Shown: positions 50,039 through 60,041, counted from the first letter of the stretch. The stretch: DNA of 64,000 bases from Candidatus Helarchaeota archaeon (GCA_019058315.1 JAHPZH010000003.1:105669-169668), one strand, 5' to 3'. Notes: generated from the letters alone by a model not told the origin. A program made the numbers and translations.

Positions 50039-50805
50039 GTAAAGTAATTCTATATGTCGCAGAGCGTGATTTGAGATATATTTGGAGTAATTTAATTTTC
50101 TTAATGGTTCAATATATTTCATTCATTATCCAAATTTTTGTTTATTCTATAGTTTTGAATGCTCTAATACCTTTGTTAAATTATGTAACCTATTATGCAA
50201 CAGGAATGACAATTTTAACCTTATGGTCTATTTCCATGTATACAGTTTATTTTGTATATGGGGAAAAAACACACGGAATATTGCCATATATCTTAACCTT
50301 ACCGATTACAAGGAGAGATTATGTAATTGGCAGAGTTATTGGTTCGAGTATCAGAGTAATGATATATATTTTTCCATTGGTTTTAATAACCCTATTTGTT
50401 ACTGGAGTAGAAAATCCCATTAATTTATTGATGGTTATAGGGTTACTTTACTTATTTATATTTGGTGTTAATGGTTTAGCCGTTACTCTTGGTTCTGCGA
50501 TTAAAGGGGAACGTAAACTGGATATATTAATGGGTGTAATCGATGCATTCATGATTAGAATTTCAACAATTTATTATCCCCAATATGCTATGGATACTTG
50601 GATGCAAATAGGATCTCAAATTAATCCATTATCACACATTTCTACGCTATTTAGATGGTCTTTAGGTATGCAAAATGTTCTTTCCCCGCAATTTCCACCA
50701 GAATTAATTATATCAATAATATTTATTATAATTTTATCCACACTGCTCTTTATTTTTAGTTTGAAAATTTATGAGAATTCAATAGAGGGGGGAGAACATG
50801 GATAA
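50035..50805 (+). CDS. ABC-2 type permease
   Basis: 6 TM, LTLPITR, STIYYP, INPLSH. Confidence 0.88.
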   Translation: MSKVILYVAERDLRYIWSNLIFLMVQYISFIIQIFVYSIVLNALIPLLNYVTYYATGMTILTLWSISMYTVYFVYGEKTHGILPYILTLPITRRDYVIGRVIGSSIRVMIYIFPLVLITLFVTGVENPINLLMVIGLLYLFIFGVNGLAVTLGSAIKGERKLDILMGVIDAFMIRISTIYYPQYAMDTWMQIGSQINPLSHISTLFRWSLGMQNVLSPQFPPELIISIIFIIILSTLLFIFSLKIYENSIEGGEHG

Positions 50806-51616
50806 AGGCTATACTTCTAGATTTGGAATCCTTTCTGTTATTCTAGAAAGAGATTTAAGAAGCTTTTCAAAATACAGTTGGTGGATAATTGGTTTAATAA
50901 TGATGAATTTAGCCGATCTTTTTATTTTGGCAACTACATTAACGAAAATTACAATTGGTCTAAATTATTTTATTTTTTTCACTCCAGGAATAACTATGTT
51001 AGCTACATTTTCAAGTGCATTTTTGATGGGTAGAGAAGTTAATGAAGAAAAAAGATATGGTAGAGATCAATATTTACTTGCTCTCCCCATATCGAGAACT
51101 ATTTTTATATTTGGTAGAACTTTAGCTGGTGCAGTTAGAGGGATAATTTATAGTATTTCATTGTTAATAATGGCGTTAATTTTTACCAGCACTTCGAAAA
51201 TAATTTCAGATTTTTCTATAGGACTCGTTATAATTCCATATAGAACCTTTCTTGATTATTCAATCTTATTTTTCATATCAATAGGAGTAATTTTCCTTAC
51301 ATCTTTAGGAATGTCTGAATTCAGTATAGCAATTGGAACTTCTATTAAAAAATTTGAAAATTATTCTTTATCTCGAACTTTTGCTTCGCTTTGGTTAATG
51401 TTTGGATCTACAGTTTATTATCCTAGAGAGAAAATGCCAGGAATTATGGCATTTTTTTCAGATTTGAATCCTTTAAGTTATGGAGTTAATATTCTTAGAG
51501 GTCTCCTCTTTAATATGCCAATCAGAGTGTTGGATATTATTGGATTATTGGTTTTTACTGTAGTTATGTTCTTTTTATGTTTTTATTTCTACAATAAATC
51601 CACACAAGGGGAATAA
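50798..51616 (+). CDS. ABC-2 type permease
   Basis: FFTPGI, LALPISR..IFGRTLAG, STVYYP, LNPLSYGV..LRGL. Confidence 0.9.
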   Translation: MDKGYTSRFGILSVILERDLRSFSKYSWWIIGLIMMNLADLFILATTLTKITIGLNYFIFFTPGITMLATFSSAFLMGREVNEEKRYGRDQYLLALPISRTIFIFGRTLAGAVRGIIYSISLLIMALIFTSTSKIISDFSIGLVIIPYRTFLDYSILFFISIGVIFLTSLGMSEFSIAIGTSIKKFENYSLSRTFASLWLMFGSTVYYPREKMPGIMAFFSDLNPLSYGVNILRGLLFNMPIRVLDIIGLLVFTVVMFFLCFYFYNKSTQGE

Positions 51617-51684
51617 AATTAGATAAATTAGATATTAAGTAAGTCTATTTAAAAAAGATTAAGAAAAAATTTTAAAATATAAGT

Positions 51685-51942
51685 TTAGACTTTTTTCAAA
51701 ATTTCAATTGCAATTACTTTACCATTTTTTATTAAAAGTCTCGGTGTGTAGTCAGAGCTAAAAATAAAACCTTCTGGTAGTCCAGAGGCTTTTTCAATAT
51801 CTTTTTTGATAACTTCTTTTCCAAGAACCATTACTTTCTTTTCAGTAACTGCATAAAAGACGGGGGGTATTACTACACCTTCCCGTTCATAACCTTCAGG
51901 CAAGTCATTATTTAAAACTTCATCTAAAATAGCTTGAGACAT
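51685..51942 (-). CDS. Stand-alone paralog of the C-terminal domain of the upstream gelsolin-domain protein
   Basis: LPEGYEREGVVI...VLGKEV...LPEG...RLLIKNGKVIAIEILK aligns with IPDGFDREAIIL...VLGKEV...LPDG...RFLIKDGKVAAIEILK. Confidence 0.85.
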   Translation of the reverse strand: MSQAILDEVLNNDLPEGYEREGVVIPPVFYAVTEKKVMVLGKEVIKKDIEKASGLPEGFIFSSDYTPRLLIKNGKVIAIEILKKV

Positions 51943-51957
51943 AAAACTTACTCCTTT

Positions 51958-52587
51958 TTAAAGTCTTTTTAAAATTTCAATAGCTGCAACTTTCCCATCT
52001 TTAATTAGAAATCTAAGTCCATATGAATTATTAAAGAGAATCCCATCTGGAAGTTCTGTAGTTTTTTGAATTTCAGTGTTCACTACTTCCTTTCCCAGAA
52101 CTTTGGCAACACTTTTAACAACTCCATAAAAATCCTGTCCTAGAATGATCGCTTCTCTATCAAAGCCATCAGGAATTCCCTCTCCCATTAATGTATTTCT
52201 CATATCATCAGATAGTGTTTGAGTTATTACACCAACTTCTTCTTCAACTTCACCTTCAGCCATTGGAGGTCGTGCTTTGGCTTGGGGGTTTTCAGCAACT
52301 TCTTTCTCATAAATTGATTTAAATTCGTCAGGTTCTTCATCTTGATCAACGGGGATAACTTTATACATTAAACCCCTGCCACCTCTTACTTCTTGGGAGA
52401 TCCTTGCACCGATGAATTTCTTTGCTACAGAACATTTATTGCCCTTCCATAACCATATTAGTCTTGTATCATCATCAATTATAAGTAGTACTAACTCATT
52501 TTTTAGAGCTTCTTTAACAGATGGAGTTTTTAAGTATGTAGTTTCGCCCGTTTTGAGCACAGAAAAAATTTCCAAACTTTTCACCAT
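51958..52587 (-). CDS. Gelsolin-like domain plus C-terminal extra domain (Asgard 1DGelX-like actin regulator)
   Basis: VLLIIDD...IWLWKGNKCS..KKFIGARIS...VDQDEEPDEF gelsolin signature. Confidence 0.8.
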   Translation of the reverse strand: MVKSLEIFSVLKTGETTYLKTPSVKEALKNELVLLIIDDDTRLIWLWKGNKCSVAKKFIGARISQEVRGGRGLMYKVIPVDQDEEPDEFKSIYEKEVAENPQAKARPPMAEGEVEEEVGVITQTLSDDMRNTLMGEGIPDGFDREAIILGQDFYGVVKSVAKVLGKEVVNTEIQKTTELPDGILFNNSYGLRFLIKDGKVAAIEILKRL

Positions 52588-52739
52588 TTGAGCTATTTAA
52601 TAGTAAATATACAATATTATCCTTCATTTTTATTTTTTCTGATTTAATGTTTATTTATTCATTATGAGTATTAAAAGTTTCCTTAAATTGAAGATTAAAG
52701 GAGGTGATTTAAACAGATATTAATTCGATTATAAAGAGA

Positions 52740-52867
52740 TGGTAGCCCCGCCCGGAGTTTCGGAATAATTTTTTATAATTATACTTTCGAACCGGGGTCA
52801 GAGGGTCCAGGGCCCCCTATGTATAGCCTTTTTTTATCTTAAAATTTGACCACTGCACCACGGGGCT
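52740..52867 (-). tRNA. tRNA-Gln(CUG) with two non-canonical introns (21/22: 52823-52845, 23 nt; 59/60: 52757-52785, 29 nt) and encoded CCA
   Basis: Removing both introns gives a 76 nt cloverleaf: AGCCCCG/CGGGGCT acceptor stem (A1-U72), GGGGG-CCCTGGA-CCCTC anticodon arm, CCCGG-TTCGAAT-CCGGG T arm, ACCA end. Confidence 0.92.
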
Positions 52868-53021
52868 ACAGGGCTAATTTTTTAGTTATTTTATTCTTTA
52901 AATTTAAGTGGTATTAATAACTAATATATCTTTTAAAATTTTAATTCTATTTTAATTCTTAAATAAATCTATCAATAAAAGGAATAAAATTTATTAATTA
53001 AATATAATTTGATGACTTATA

Positions 53022-53831
53022 ATGACAGATAGCTTCGATTCTTCTAGATTCATAAAATTAACTAATTTTTCGGGTGGTTGGATCTGGGTTTCTCATGTAG
53101 ATGAACATATAAATAAATTACTTCCATATTTAGAGAAAATTTCAAAAGAAAAACTGAAAGAGATTTGGACAATTATTGGTGCTGAAGAAAAATCATGGAA
53201 ACCTTATGAAGATACAGAATTTTGCGTAATTATTAATCCGCTACCAGATTTTGTGTTGTTATTAGTCTATAATGAAGGAGATGAGGAGTTTCCTTCGGAA
53301 TTGAAGTATTTCTATGAAAAAAAATCATTAAGTGTTCCAACAGAAGATGCATATGTTTTTACAGAAATCTATCTAGAAATGATAAGACAGATTGCCAAAT
53401 CTGAAAATATTTTGATTATAGAGACACCTGATATAATTTCTCTTGGAGATTTAGCAGATAAACATCCAGATCTGGAAAGAGAAAAGATATTACATGATAT
53501 AATTGGACAAAGATTTGAACCTATAAAATATATTGATAGAAAAACTGCTAATACGATTGCAAAGAACTTAAAAATCGAGATTATACCCAATTGGGAACAT
53601 GAAAAATCTGAATGGGCACTAGAATTTGAACTTTTTCAAGATTTATCTATTTTTTATATAAAATACTTGGAGGATTCATCTCCAAATTTGAAAATTTACT
53701 TTCATGTATCCATCCTCAAGTATAATCTTGAAATTATCATAAATTTCTCTTGGTTATTTTTAAACGCAATTATTCGAGAGGGGAGGAAAATATTAGGAAA
53801 TAAGATGCCCAAAATTTCTGAATTTCTTTAA
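53022..53831 (+). CDS. DUF3786-like protein (apparently two copies of the domain)
   Basis: NFSGG...PLPDFVLLLVYNEGDEEFPSE...PTEDAY; the second half shows a similar degenerate pattern. Confidence 0.6.
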   Translation: MTDSFDSSRFIKLTNFSGGWIWVSHVDEHINKLLPYLEKISKEKLKEIWTIIGAEEKSWKPYEDTEFCVIINPLPDFVLLLVYNEGDEEFPSELKYFYEKKSLSVPTEDAYVFTEIYLEMIRQIAKSENILIIETPDIISLGDLADKHPDLEREKILHDIIGQRFEPIKYIDRKTANTIAKNLKIEIIPNWEHEKSEWALEFELFQDLSIFYIKYLEDSSPNLKIYFHVSILKYNLEIIINFSWLFLNAIIREGRKILGNKMPKISEFL

Positions 53832-53856
53832 AAATAGAATTTAATTATTCCTTAGA

Positions 53857-54465
53857 TTATTTATTCATATAATCCAGAAGAGTTTTCTTTTTCTTTCCGG
53901 TTTTTTTAGTTTCTTTTATCTTTTTTTGCGTTTTAGTTGTTTTAATAAGTTTTTTCTGTTTTATCTTTTCCTTTGTTTTTTTCTTTTCTTTTTTAATTTT
54001 TTTAGGTTTAATCTCTATTTTTGGCATTTCAGGTTCTTCTTTCTTTTTCTTTTCCTCTGCCTTCATTGCTTTAAGTAGATCTCCATCCAATTGAAAAGGT
54101 TCAACAAGGCTTTCTTCTTCATTAATTTCAAATGAAATTGGCTTTATTTCAAGAGGGGGAGTGTTAGGGGGAGGTTCTAATTCTATTTCTGGAACTTTCT
54201 CAAACCCCTTAAAATCTGGTTCCCAATTAATAGGAATTTCTAAAGCCCAAGGATCAAATTGAACGATGATTGAATTATTTATACGTTTTACCTTCTCTTG
54301 TTCAATAGCAAGATGTAGTATTTTTTTTGCGGTCGTAATATTGCAATTTTCAAATGCTTGGAAACTTAGTGTAAATACGAAATTATCGATATCGAGTTGT
54401 TTTACATTATATATACGAAATGGAAAGGCAATAATTTTTAAAATCTCACTACCTGATATAGACAC
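53857..54465 (-). CDS. DUF2240-like archaeal protein with Lys-rich tail
   Basis: IIAFPF...FVFTLSF...AKKILHLA...FDP..LEIPINWEP. Confidence 0.6.
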   Translation of the reverse strand: MSISGSEILKIIAFPFRIYNVKQLDIDNFVFTLSFQAFENCNITTAKKILHLAIEQEKVKRINNSIIVQFDPWALEIPINWEPDFKGFEKVPEIELEPPPNTPPLEIKPISFEINEEESLVEPFQLDGDLLKAMKAEEKKKKEEPEMPKIEIKPKKIKKEKKKTKEKIKQKKLIKTTKTQKKIKETKKTGKKKKTLLDYMNK

Positions 54466-54493
54466 TTTTAATTCAACTACCTAAATAAAGAAT

Positions 54494-55129
54494 TTAAGGT
54501 AAATAATTTAATATTTTTCTAAGATCTGTACCAATTATAGTTACATCAGCAACCTTAGCAACCTTTTTATCTTGTGGATTTATTGCGATAGAGAGTCCTA
54601 CTTTTTTAAACAAATTAATATCATTTTCATTATCACCTACTGCAATGCATTGCGGAAAAGTGATATTTAATTCTTTAAGAAGGCCACTTATAGCCTCATC
54701 CTTGTTATTATATGCCACATTGCAAAATACTTCTCCAGTAAGATAACCTTGTTTATTTACTATTACCTCATTTGCGATTGAATAATCAAATCCAAATCTT
54801 TTTTTCAGTTTATTAGCGAATAGAGATATTCCCGAGCTTAAAAGTGATGTTTTCAATTTTCTTGACTGTAATATAGATAATGTTTCTTTTATACCATCAA
54901 TTAAAGGAACTTGATTTAAAATCTCTTCAATTCGGCTAACATGCACGTTTTGCCATAATCCTACATCTAGATCAGCCCACTTTTGATAACTAATTTCTTT
55001 ATTAAAAAACATTTCTCGATGAGTTTTCGCTTTTTCAAAAACATTTAAGGAGGTATGAATTAATTTCCAACTATTATTTTCTTTGGTTAATGTTCCATCC
55101 ACGTCAAAAATAACTAATTTAAACTTCAT
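54494..55129 (-). CDS. HAD-IB phosphatase, phosphoserine phosphatase (SerB)-like
   Basis: FDVDGTL, LSSG, ANE...LTG, AVGDNEND. Confidence 0.88.
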   Translation of the reverse strand: MKFKLVIFDVDGTLTKENNSWKLIHTSLNVFEKAKTHREMFFNKEISYQKWADLDVGLWQNVHVSRIEEILNQVPLIDGIKETLSILQSRKLKTSLLSSGISLFANKLKKRFGFDYSIANEVIVNKQGYLTGEVFCNVAYNNKDEAISGLLKELNITFPQCIAVGDNENDINLFKKVGLSIAINPQDKKVAKVADVTIIGTDLRKILNYLP

Positions 55130-55451
55130 TTTATATTATTCCAACAGTTTAATTGTTTTGAATTATTATAAAACTGATTTTTTTTGTTATGCTAAATTAT
55201 TTTATTTGGTTTTTAATTTGAATTAGAGAGTCTATATTATTATGTAAAATTTATTTCATACACTTGGATCTAATAATATTGAAATGTTTCAAAATTTTCT
55301 AAATTTATTCAAGGTTCTATAATAAACATTTATAAATAGTTTAATATTAAATAGTTTATAACATTAAAATATGTTAAAATTAATTTTAACATTATATTTA
55401 AATTAAATAATTAATAGATTTATCAAACCATTTCCCCCGAGGGATGATAAT

Positions 55452-55934
55452 ATGTCATTTGATGAACGAATTAGTGACCTCCAAACTCAAATTGAAGAAG
55501 TTGAAAGTCAGAAAAACTCGGATTTGAGTGCAGCTGAATCTGAATTTGAAAGTAATAAATCAGCAATCAATACAGAGGGCGAATCTGAAAGAACAACCCT
55601 TGAAAGTGAATTAAACTCGGCAAATTCATCTTTAGACTCCGCTAACAATAAAGTTGAAAAAGCTACAGCTACCCTCGAAGAAGCAAAAGATGCCCTTAGT
55701 GCAGCAAAAGATGAACAAAAAGCAGCAAAAAGTGCTCAAAAAGATGCTGATAAGGCAGTTAATAACCTAGATAAAGAAATCGAAAAAAGAATCAAGGATG
55801 CCGAAAAAGAATACAATAATAAATGCAAAGACATTGAAAAAGAAGCAAAGAATAAGATAAAAGACTTAGAGAAACAAATCAAATCTATAGAAAAAGAAAA
55901 AGCACAAGCTGAAAAAGAAGCAGCTGCAGTTTAA
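55452..55934 (+). CDS. All-helical coiled-coil protein
   Basis: 160 aa A/E/K/S-rich heptads, no Pro or Trp; followed by a T-tract. Confidence 0.85.
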   Translation: MSFDERISDLQTQIEEVESQKNSDLSAAESEFESNKSAINTEGESERTTLESELNSANSSLDSANNKVEKATATLEEAKDALSAAKDEQKAAKSAQKDADKAVNNLDKEIEKRIKDAEKEYNNKCKDIEKEAKNKIKDLEKQIKSIEKEKAQAEKEAAAV

Positions 55935-55949
55935 AAATAAAATACTAAC

Positions 55950-55965
55950 TTTTTTTTTATTTTTA
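55950..55965 (+). terminator. Oligo-T tract, probable archaeal intrinsic terminator
   Basis: T9-A-T5 run about 15 nt after the stop of 55452..55934. Confidence 0.45.
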
Positions 55966-56244
55966 TTAAATAAATTTAATTATTTTTTTTTTATAGTTAT
56001 TTACAATTCTCCAATCTCATTATTTTAATAGATAGTAATTCTGCAATTAATCTTACTGTATATTTAGTTCCCTCATATTTAGAAAAATTTTAAGATTAAA
56101 TCTTATAAACTAAATAATATTATTTATTTAGTTACAAAAAAATAGGTCATAAGATCAGATTCAAATTTAATTAAGAAGTAAATAATGTGCATTACTTTTT
56201 GAGAGAGAATTTTTAATTTAGCATCTAATAGATTTAATTTTTAG

Positions 56245-57651
56245 GTGATGAAAACGACTGTAAATGAACAATTGGTTAATGAATTAAAGCATGTTATTCC
56301 TCCCGAATATATTGCAACAGATAAGGAAATTTGTTTTGCATATTCTATGGATTCTAGTCCTGTTCCTGGGCATATTCCAGATATTGTTATCCGTCCAGAA
56401 ACAACACAAGAAGTATCGGAAATTGTTAAATTAGCAAATAAATATAAAACGGCAATTTACCCTCGTGGTGCTGCGGCATCATTAGTAATGATGGGCGTTC
56501 CAATACAACCTGGTGGTATTTCTCTAGACATGACGAGAATGAATAAAATTATGGAGATAGATGAAGATAGTATGAGTGTGACAGTTCAAACTGGAATTAC
56601 TTGGGGAGAATTGGAATACGAATTAAAAAAGAAAGGTTGGTATACAGGAATGGTAGGACCTGGACCGGGATTATCCACAACAATTGGTGGGGCAATTAGT
56701 GTTGCATCGGTTTATTATGGTTCTGCTAAATATGGAACTGCTTGTGATATTCTACTCGGATTGGAAGTTGTTTTACCAACGGGCGAGGTCATTAGAACAG
56801 GTTCTGCAGCATTAGACACAGCAAAAAGGCATACTCGTTATGGTATTGGATTAGATTCTACAGGGATTTTTTGTGGAGATCAAGGAATCATGGGAGTCAA
56901 GACCGAAGCCACACTTAAATTATATCCAGTTCCAGTAGCAACAGGTTTTTTTGTTTATGGATATAATGATGAGGATCCTCTTCTCAAAGCACTTCATAAA
57001 ATGACATCTTTACATATTGCATCTGATATTGGATACACTGATGGAGCCTCAGGATTGGACATGGGTGGTGGTCCAGAACGGTTTATGATTCATGGAAAAA
57101 TAGAAGCACATAGCGAAAAAGAATTAGAGGTTCAATTAGAACTTTTTGATGAAATTGCAAATAATACTAATGGAATTAAAAAAGGTGATTCTTTAGCGAG
57201 GATGATTTTTCATGATTCTATATACATGGTATTCCCAATGGCAGGAATGAGCGGGAATTATGGAGCTTCTTGCAATAAAATGCCAATTTTTGAATCAAAA
57301 AAAGTACATGATTTATTTTTAAATTATCGTGAAAAGCATTTAGAAGAAATACAAAAACATAAGCTCGTTACAGTATGGTATACCTTTATTTCGGGTTCTA
57401 CAATAGATATTTTACCTCAAATACAAATTCCAGCACATGACCCAGAAGCGTTGAAATATGGTACTGAATTATGGAAAAATTTTATTAAAGAAGAATTGAA
57501 ATACGGTACAATTCATTATTGGCTTGGTAAAGTAATTGGGGACCAAGTAGTTGAACATTTTCGTTCAAATTATTTCGAATTTATTAAAAAATTAAAGGAT
57601 ACCCTCGATCCGAATGGAATTTTGAATCCAGGGTTATTAAAATTACCATGA
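56245..57651 (+). CDS. FAD-linked oxidoreductase, GlcD/D-lactate dehydrogenase (VAO/PCMH) family
   Basis: PDIVIRPET, YPRGAA, DMTRMNKI, TIGG, LGLEVVLPTGEVIRTG, DPNGILNPG. Confidence 0.9.
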   Translation: MMKTTVNEQLVNELKHVIPPEYIATDKEICFAYSMDSSPVPGHIPDIVIRPETTQEVSEIVKLANKYKTAIYPRGAAASLVMMGVPIQPGGISLDMTRMNKIMEIDEDSMSVTVQTGITWGELEYELKKKGWYTGMVGPGPGLSTTIGGAISVASVYYGSAKYGTACDILLGLEVVLPTGEVIRTGSAALDTAKRHTRYGIGLDSTGIFCGDQGIMGVKTEATLKLYPVPVATGFFVYGYNDEDPLLKALHKMTSLHIASDIGYTDGASGLDMGGGPERFMIHGKIEAHSEKELEVQLELFDEIANNTNGIKKGDSLARMIFHDSIYMVFPMAGMSGNYGASCNKMPIFESKKVHDLFLNYREKHLEEIQKHKLVTVWYTFISGSTIDILPQIQIPAHDPEALKYGTELWKNFIKEELKYGTIHYWLGKVIGDQVVEHFRSNYFEFIKKLKDTLDPNGILNPGLLKLP

Positions 57652-57660
57652 GGTTTTTAA

Positions 57661-58824
57661 ATGGAGTTAGGAATTAAAAAGCATGTAGAAGATATTTATA
57701 AATGCACCCGTTGTGGTTACTGCCGGGAAATGGTAAGAGAAGAAGTTAATACCTTCCGAGTTTGCCCTATACGAGAAAATACTCCGGGATTTGAGGCATA
57801 TACAAGTAAGGGAAAAATGTTATTAATGAGAGGAGTTTTAGAGGGCACTCTTGATTTAACTCCAAAATTATCTGAGATTGTTTTCACTTGTACAACATGT
57901 GGAAGTTGTAAGACACATTGTCCAGTTGGTATTGATACAGTAGGAATTTTTGAAGTCTTTCGTAATGATTTAATTCGTCAAGAATTGGGTTTACCTTCAC
58001 ATACGATGTATGGAAAATATGCTATGGAGAAAATGAATCCTTACAATGAACCTCATGAAGACCGAATGGCATGGTTGCCCGAGTCCGTTGAATTCTCCAA
58101 ACCAGCTGAAATTGCGTATTTTGTTGGATGCACTTCAGCATATAGACAACAAGAAATTGCGACTGCAACTTATAAAATATTAAAAAAAATAGGGGTTGAT
58201 TTTACAATTCTTGGTCCCGATGAATGGTGTTGTGGATCTCCTCTCTTTCGAACTGGTCAACTTGATCTGGCTACAAAATTAGCTCAACATAATATTGAAA
58301 AACTAAATGAATTGGGAATAAAACAAATTGTGTTTTCATGTGCAGGTTGTTACAGGACTTTTGCTATGGATTATAAAAATATTGGTAAATTGAAAGCAAA
58401 ACCAATCCATTTTACAAAGTTTATTTACAATCAGATTAAAGAAGGAAAGATAAAGTTTAAAGAAAGTCCTTTAAAAGTTACTTATCATGATCCATGCCAC
58501 ACTACGAGATCTATGAAAAAAGCAGATTATAAATCACCCAGAAGAGTTATAAATTCTTTACCTGGCGTTGAATTGATTGAGATGGTAAGTACAAAAGAAG
58601 GAAGCATGTGTTGTGGGGCGGGTGGTGGTTTAAAATCAGCATTTTCGGATATTGCAGTATCTGCCGCTCAAAAACGTGTTCAGCAAGCGAAAGAAACTGG
58701 TGCCACTCATTTAATTAGTACTTGTCCATTTTGTAGGAGAAATCTTATGGATGGAAATGAAAAAGGAAATTTAGGAATGAAGATAATGGATTTAACAGAG
58801 CTTATTTTAGAAAGAATGGAATAA
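57661..58824 (+). CDS. Fe-S oxidoreductase with 2x[4Fe-4S] and CCG domains (GlcF/GlpC/HdrD-like)
   Basis: CTRCGYC..CP, CTTCGSCKTHCP, YFVGC, EWCCG, YHDPCH, CCGAGGG, TCPFC. Confidence 0.92.
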   Translation: MELGIKKHVEDIYKCTRCGYCREMVREEVNTFRVCPIRENTPGFEAYTSKGKMLLMRGVLEGTLDLTPKLSEIVFTCTTCGSCKTHCPVGIDTVGIFEVFRNDLIRQELGLPSHTMYGKYAMEKMNPYNEPHEDRMAWLPESVEFSKPAEIAYFVGCTSAYRQQEIATATYKILKKIGVDFTILGPDEWCCGSPLFRTGQLDLATKLAQHNIEKLNELGIKQIVFSCAGCYRTFAMDYKNIGKLKAKPIHFTKFIYNQIKEGKIKFKESPLKVTYHDPCHTTRSMKKADYKSPRRVINSLPGVELIEMVSTKEGSMCCGAGGGLKSAFSDIAVSAAQKRVQQAKETGATHLISTCPFCRRNLMDGNEKGNLGMKIMDLTELILERME

Positions 58825-58869
58825 AAAAATATTATTTTTTAAATATTTTCACATCTTTCAAAAGAATTT

Positions 58870-59352
58870 TCAAAAATTTTTATCAATAGCCCTTATTTTT
58901 ACTCTATTAAGTTTATTTGGATCCACAAGAGCAGTATATTGCGATCCAATCTTAAAGAGACCTGGCATTATAGTCATCATTTCTATCGATCTTGTAATAA
59001 TATAAGGTTCTATTCCTTCTATAGGTATATCTATTCTAAATTTCAATTTAAATCTTGAATAATCTGGTCTTGTGAAACCACTAGATCTCTTAATTGAAAG
59101 TAGTGTTGCAGTTCCACGGATTCCTTTTTCTTTGAAATATTTACGTGTACTTTTTTTTGTATAATAATCCAAGCAGACTATTAAGTATATGAAAACAAAT
59201 ATAATTATTATAACAAAGAAAAATTCTGGTCTTATTAAAACATAGCTAGAATATGTAGGCATGGTAAAATAAATTATTGTAAAAATTGCCATAGATACTC
59301 CAAATAAAATGGTTATAACTAATATACCAATTTTAAAATATTTTTTCCGCAT
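58870..59352 (-). CDS. 2-TM membrane protein with C-terminal OB-like domain
   Basis: Two TM segments, GIRGTATLL...IGSQYTALVDP. Confidence 0.65.
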   Translation of the reverse strand: MRKKYFKIGILVITILFGVSMAIFTIIYFTMPTYSSYVLIRPEFFFVIIIIFVFIYLIVCLDYYTKKSTRKYFKEKGIRGTATLLSIKRSSGFTRPDYSRFKLKFRIDIPIEGIEPYIITRSIEMMTIMPGLFKIGSQYTALVDPNKLNRVKIRAIDKNF

Positions 59353-59509
59353 TTTAACCCACTTTTAAAATTTTTCAAATTAAAAAATATTTCAATTTTT
59401 AATTATTAAATATGCTGATTTTCATTTACTAACTAAAATTTTAGAAATTACTTTCACTTAAAGGTTATTTTTAAGGAAATATAAGAAATAATTTCAAAAA
59501 GAAATCTCA

Positions 59510-59749
59510 TTAATCTTCTATAATTTTAAAAATAAAATAAAAAATACAGATTACTATAATAATAATCACCAGAAACCAATCCCATAAAGAAATTGGCTCA
59601 AACTTGCTTCTACCCCCAACATCATATATATACCACTCAATAACACTTTTAAGAAAATTCCAAATTTCATTTCGAAATATTACAATTAAAAAAATAGTTG
59701 CTCCAATAATTCCTATAATAATTATTTTTTTGTAAATATCTTCATCCAT
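59510..59749 (-). CDS. Small 2-TM protein
   Basis: Start placed at ATG 59749 (MDEDIY) to avoid overlap. Confidence 0.55.
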   Translation of the reverse strand: MDEDIYKKIIIIGIIGATIFLIVIFRNEIWNFLKSVIEWYIYDVGGRSKFEPISLWDWFLVIIIIVICIFYFIFKIIED

Positions 59750-59813
59750 TTTTAATGCTACATCTATTTTTATATTAGCGTATATATTGTTAGATAAAAT
59801 TACAAATTTAAAT

Positions 59814-60041
59814 TTATGTATATTGACCCATATCTTTTGTAGGTTCCTTTGCAATTTCTTTTTGTAATTCTTTTTGGATTTCTATAGATCTTTTTATAAT
59901 ATGTTTAGGATCCATCATCTCTTCAGTTTTCTTTTGTTGATCTTCAATCATTTTATTGAGTTGTTCCATATTTTCTTCAATTTTTTTCAATAGTTCTATG
60001 ATTATATCCAATTTTTTTGAAACTTGCTTATTATCCATCAC
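59814..60041 (-). CDS. Small coiled-coil protein
   Basis: AGGAG SD upstream; heptad pattern. Confidence 0.65.
   Translation of the reverse strand: MMDNKQVSKKLDIIIELLKKIEENMEQLNKMIEDQQKKTEEMMDPKHIIKRSIEIQKELQKEIAKEPTKDMGQYT

Noticed and set aside
52600-53020. tRNA as an integration site for a mobile element
   Set aside because: No integrase and no duplicated tRNA 3' end seen in the window; the flanking genes look chromosomal
58870-60041. Cluster of short AT-rich ORFs as a viral or toxin-antitoxin island
   Set aside because: No recognisable viral, toxin or mobility motifs and no flanking repeats
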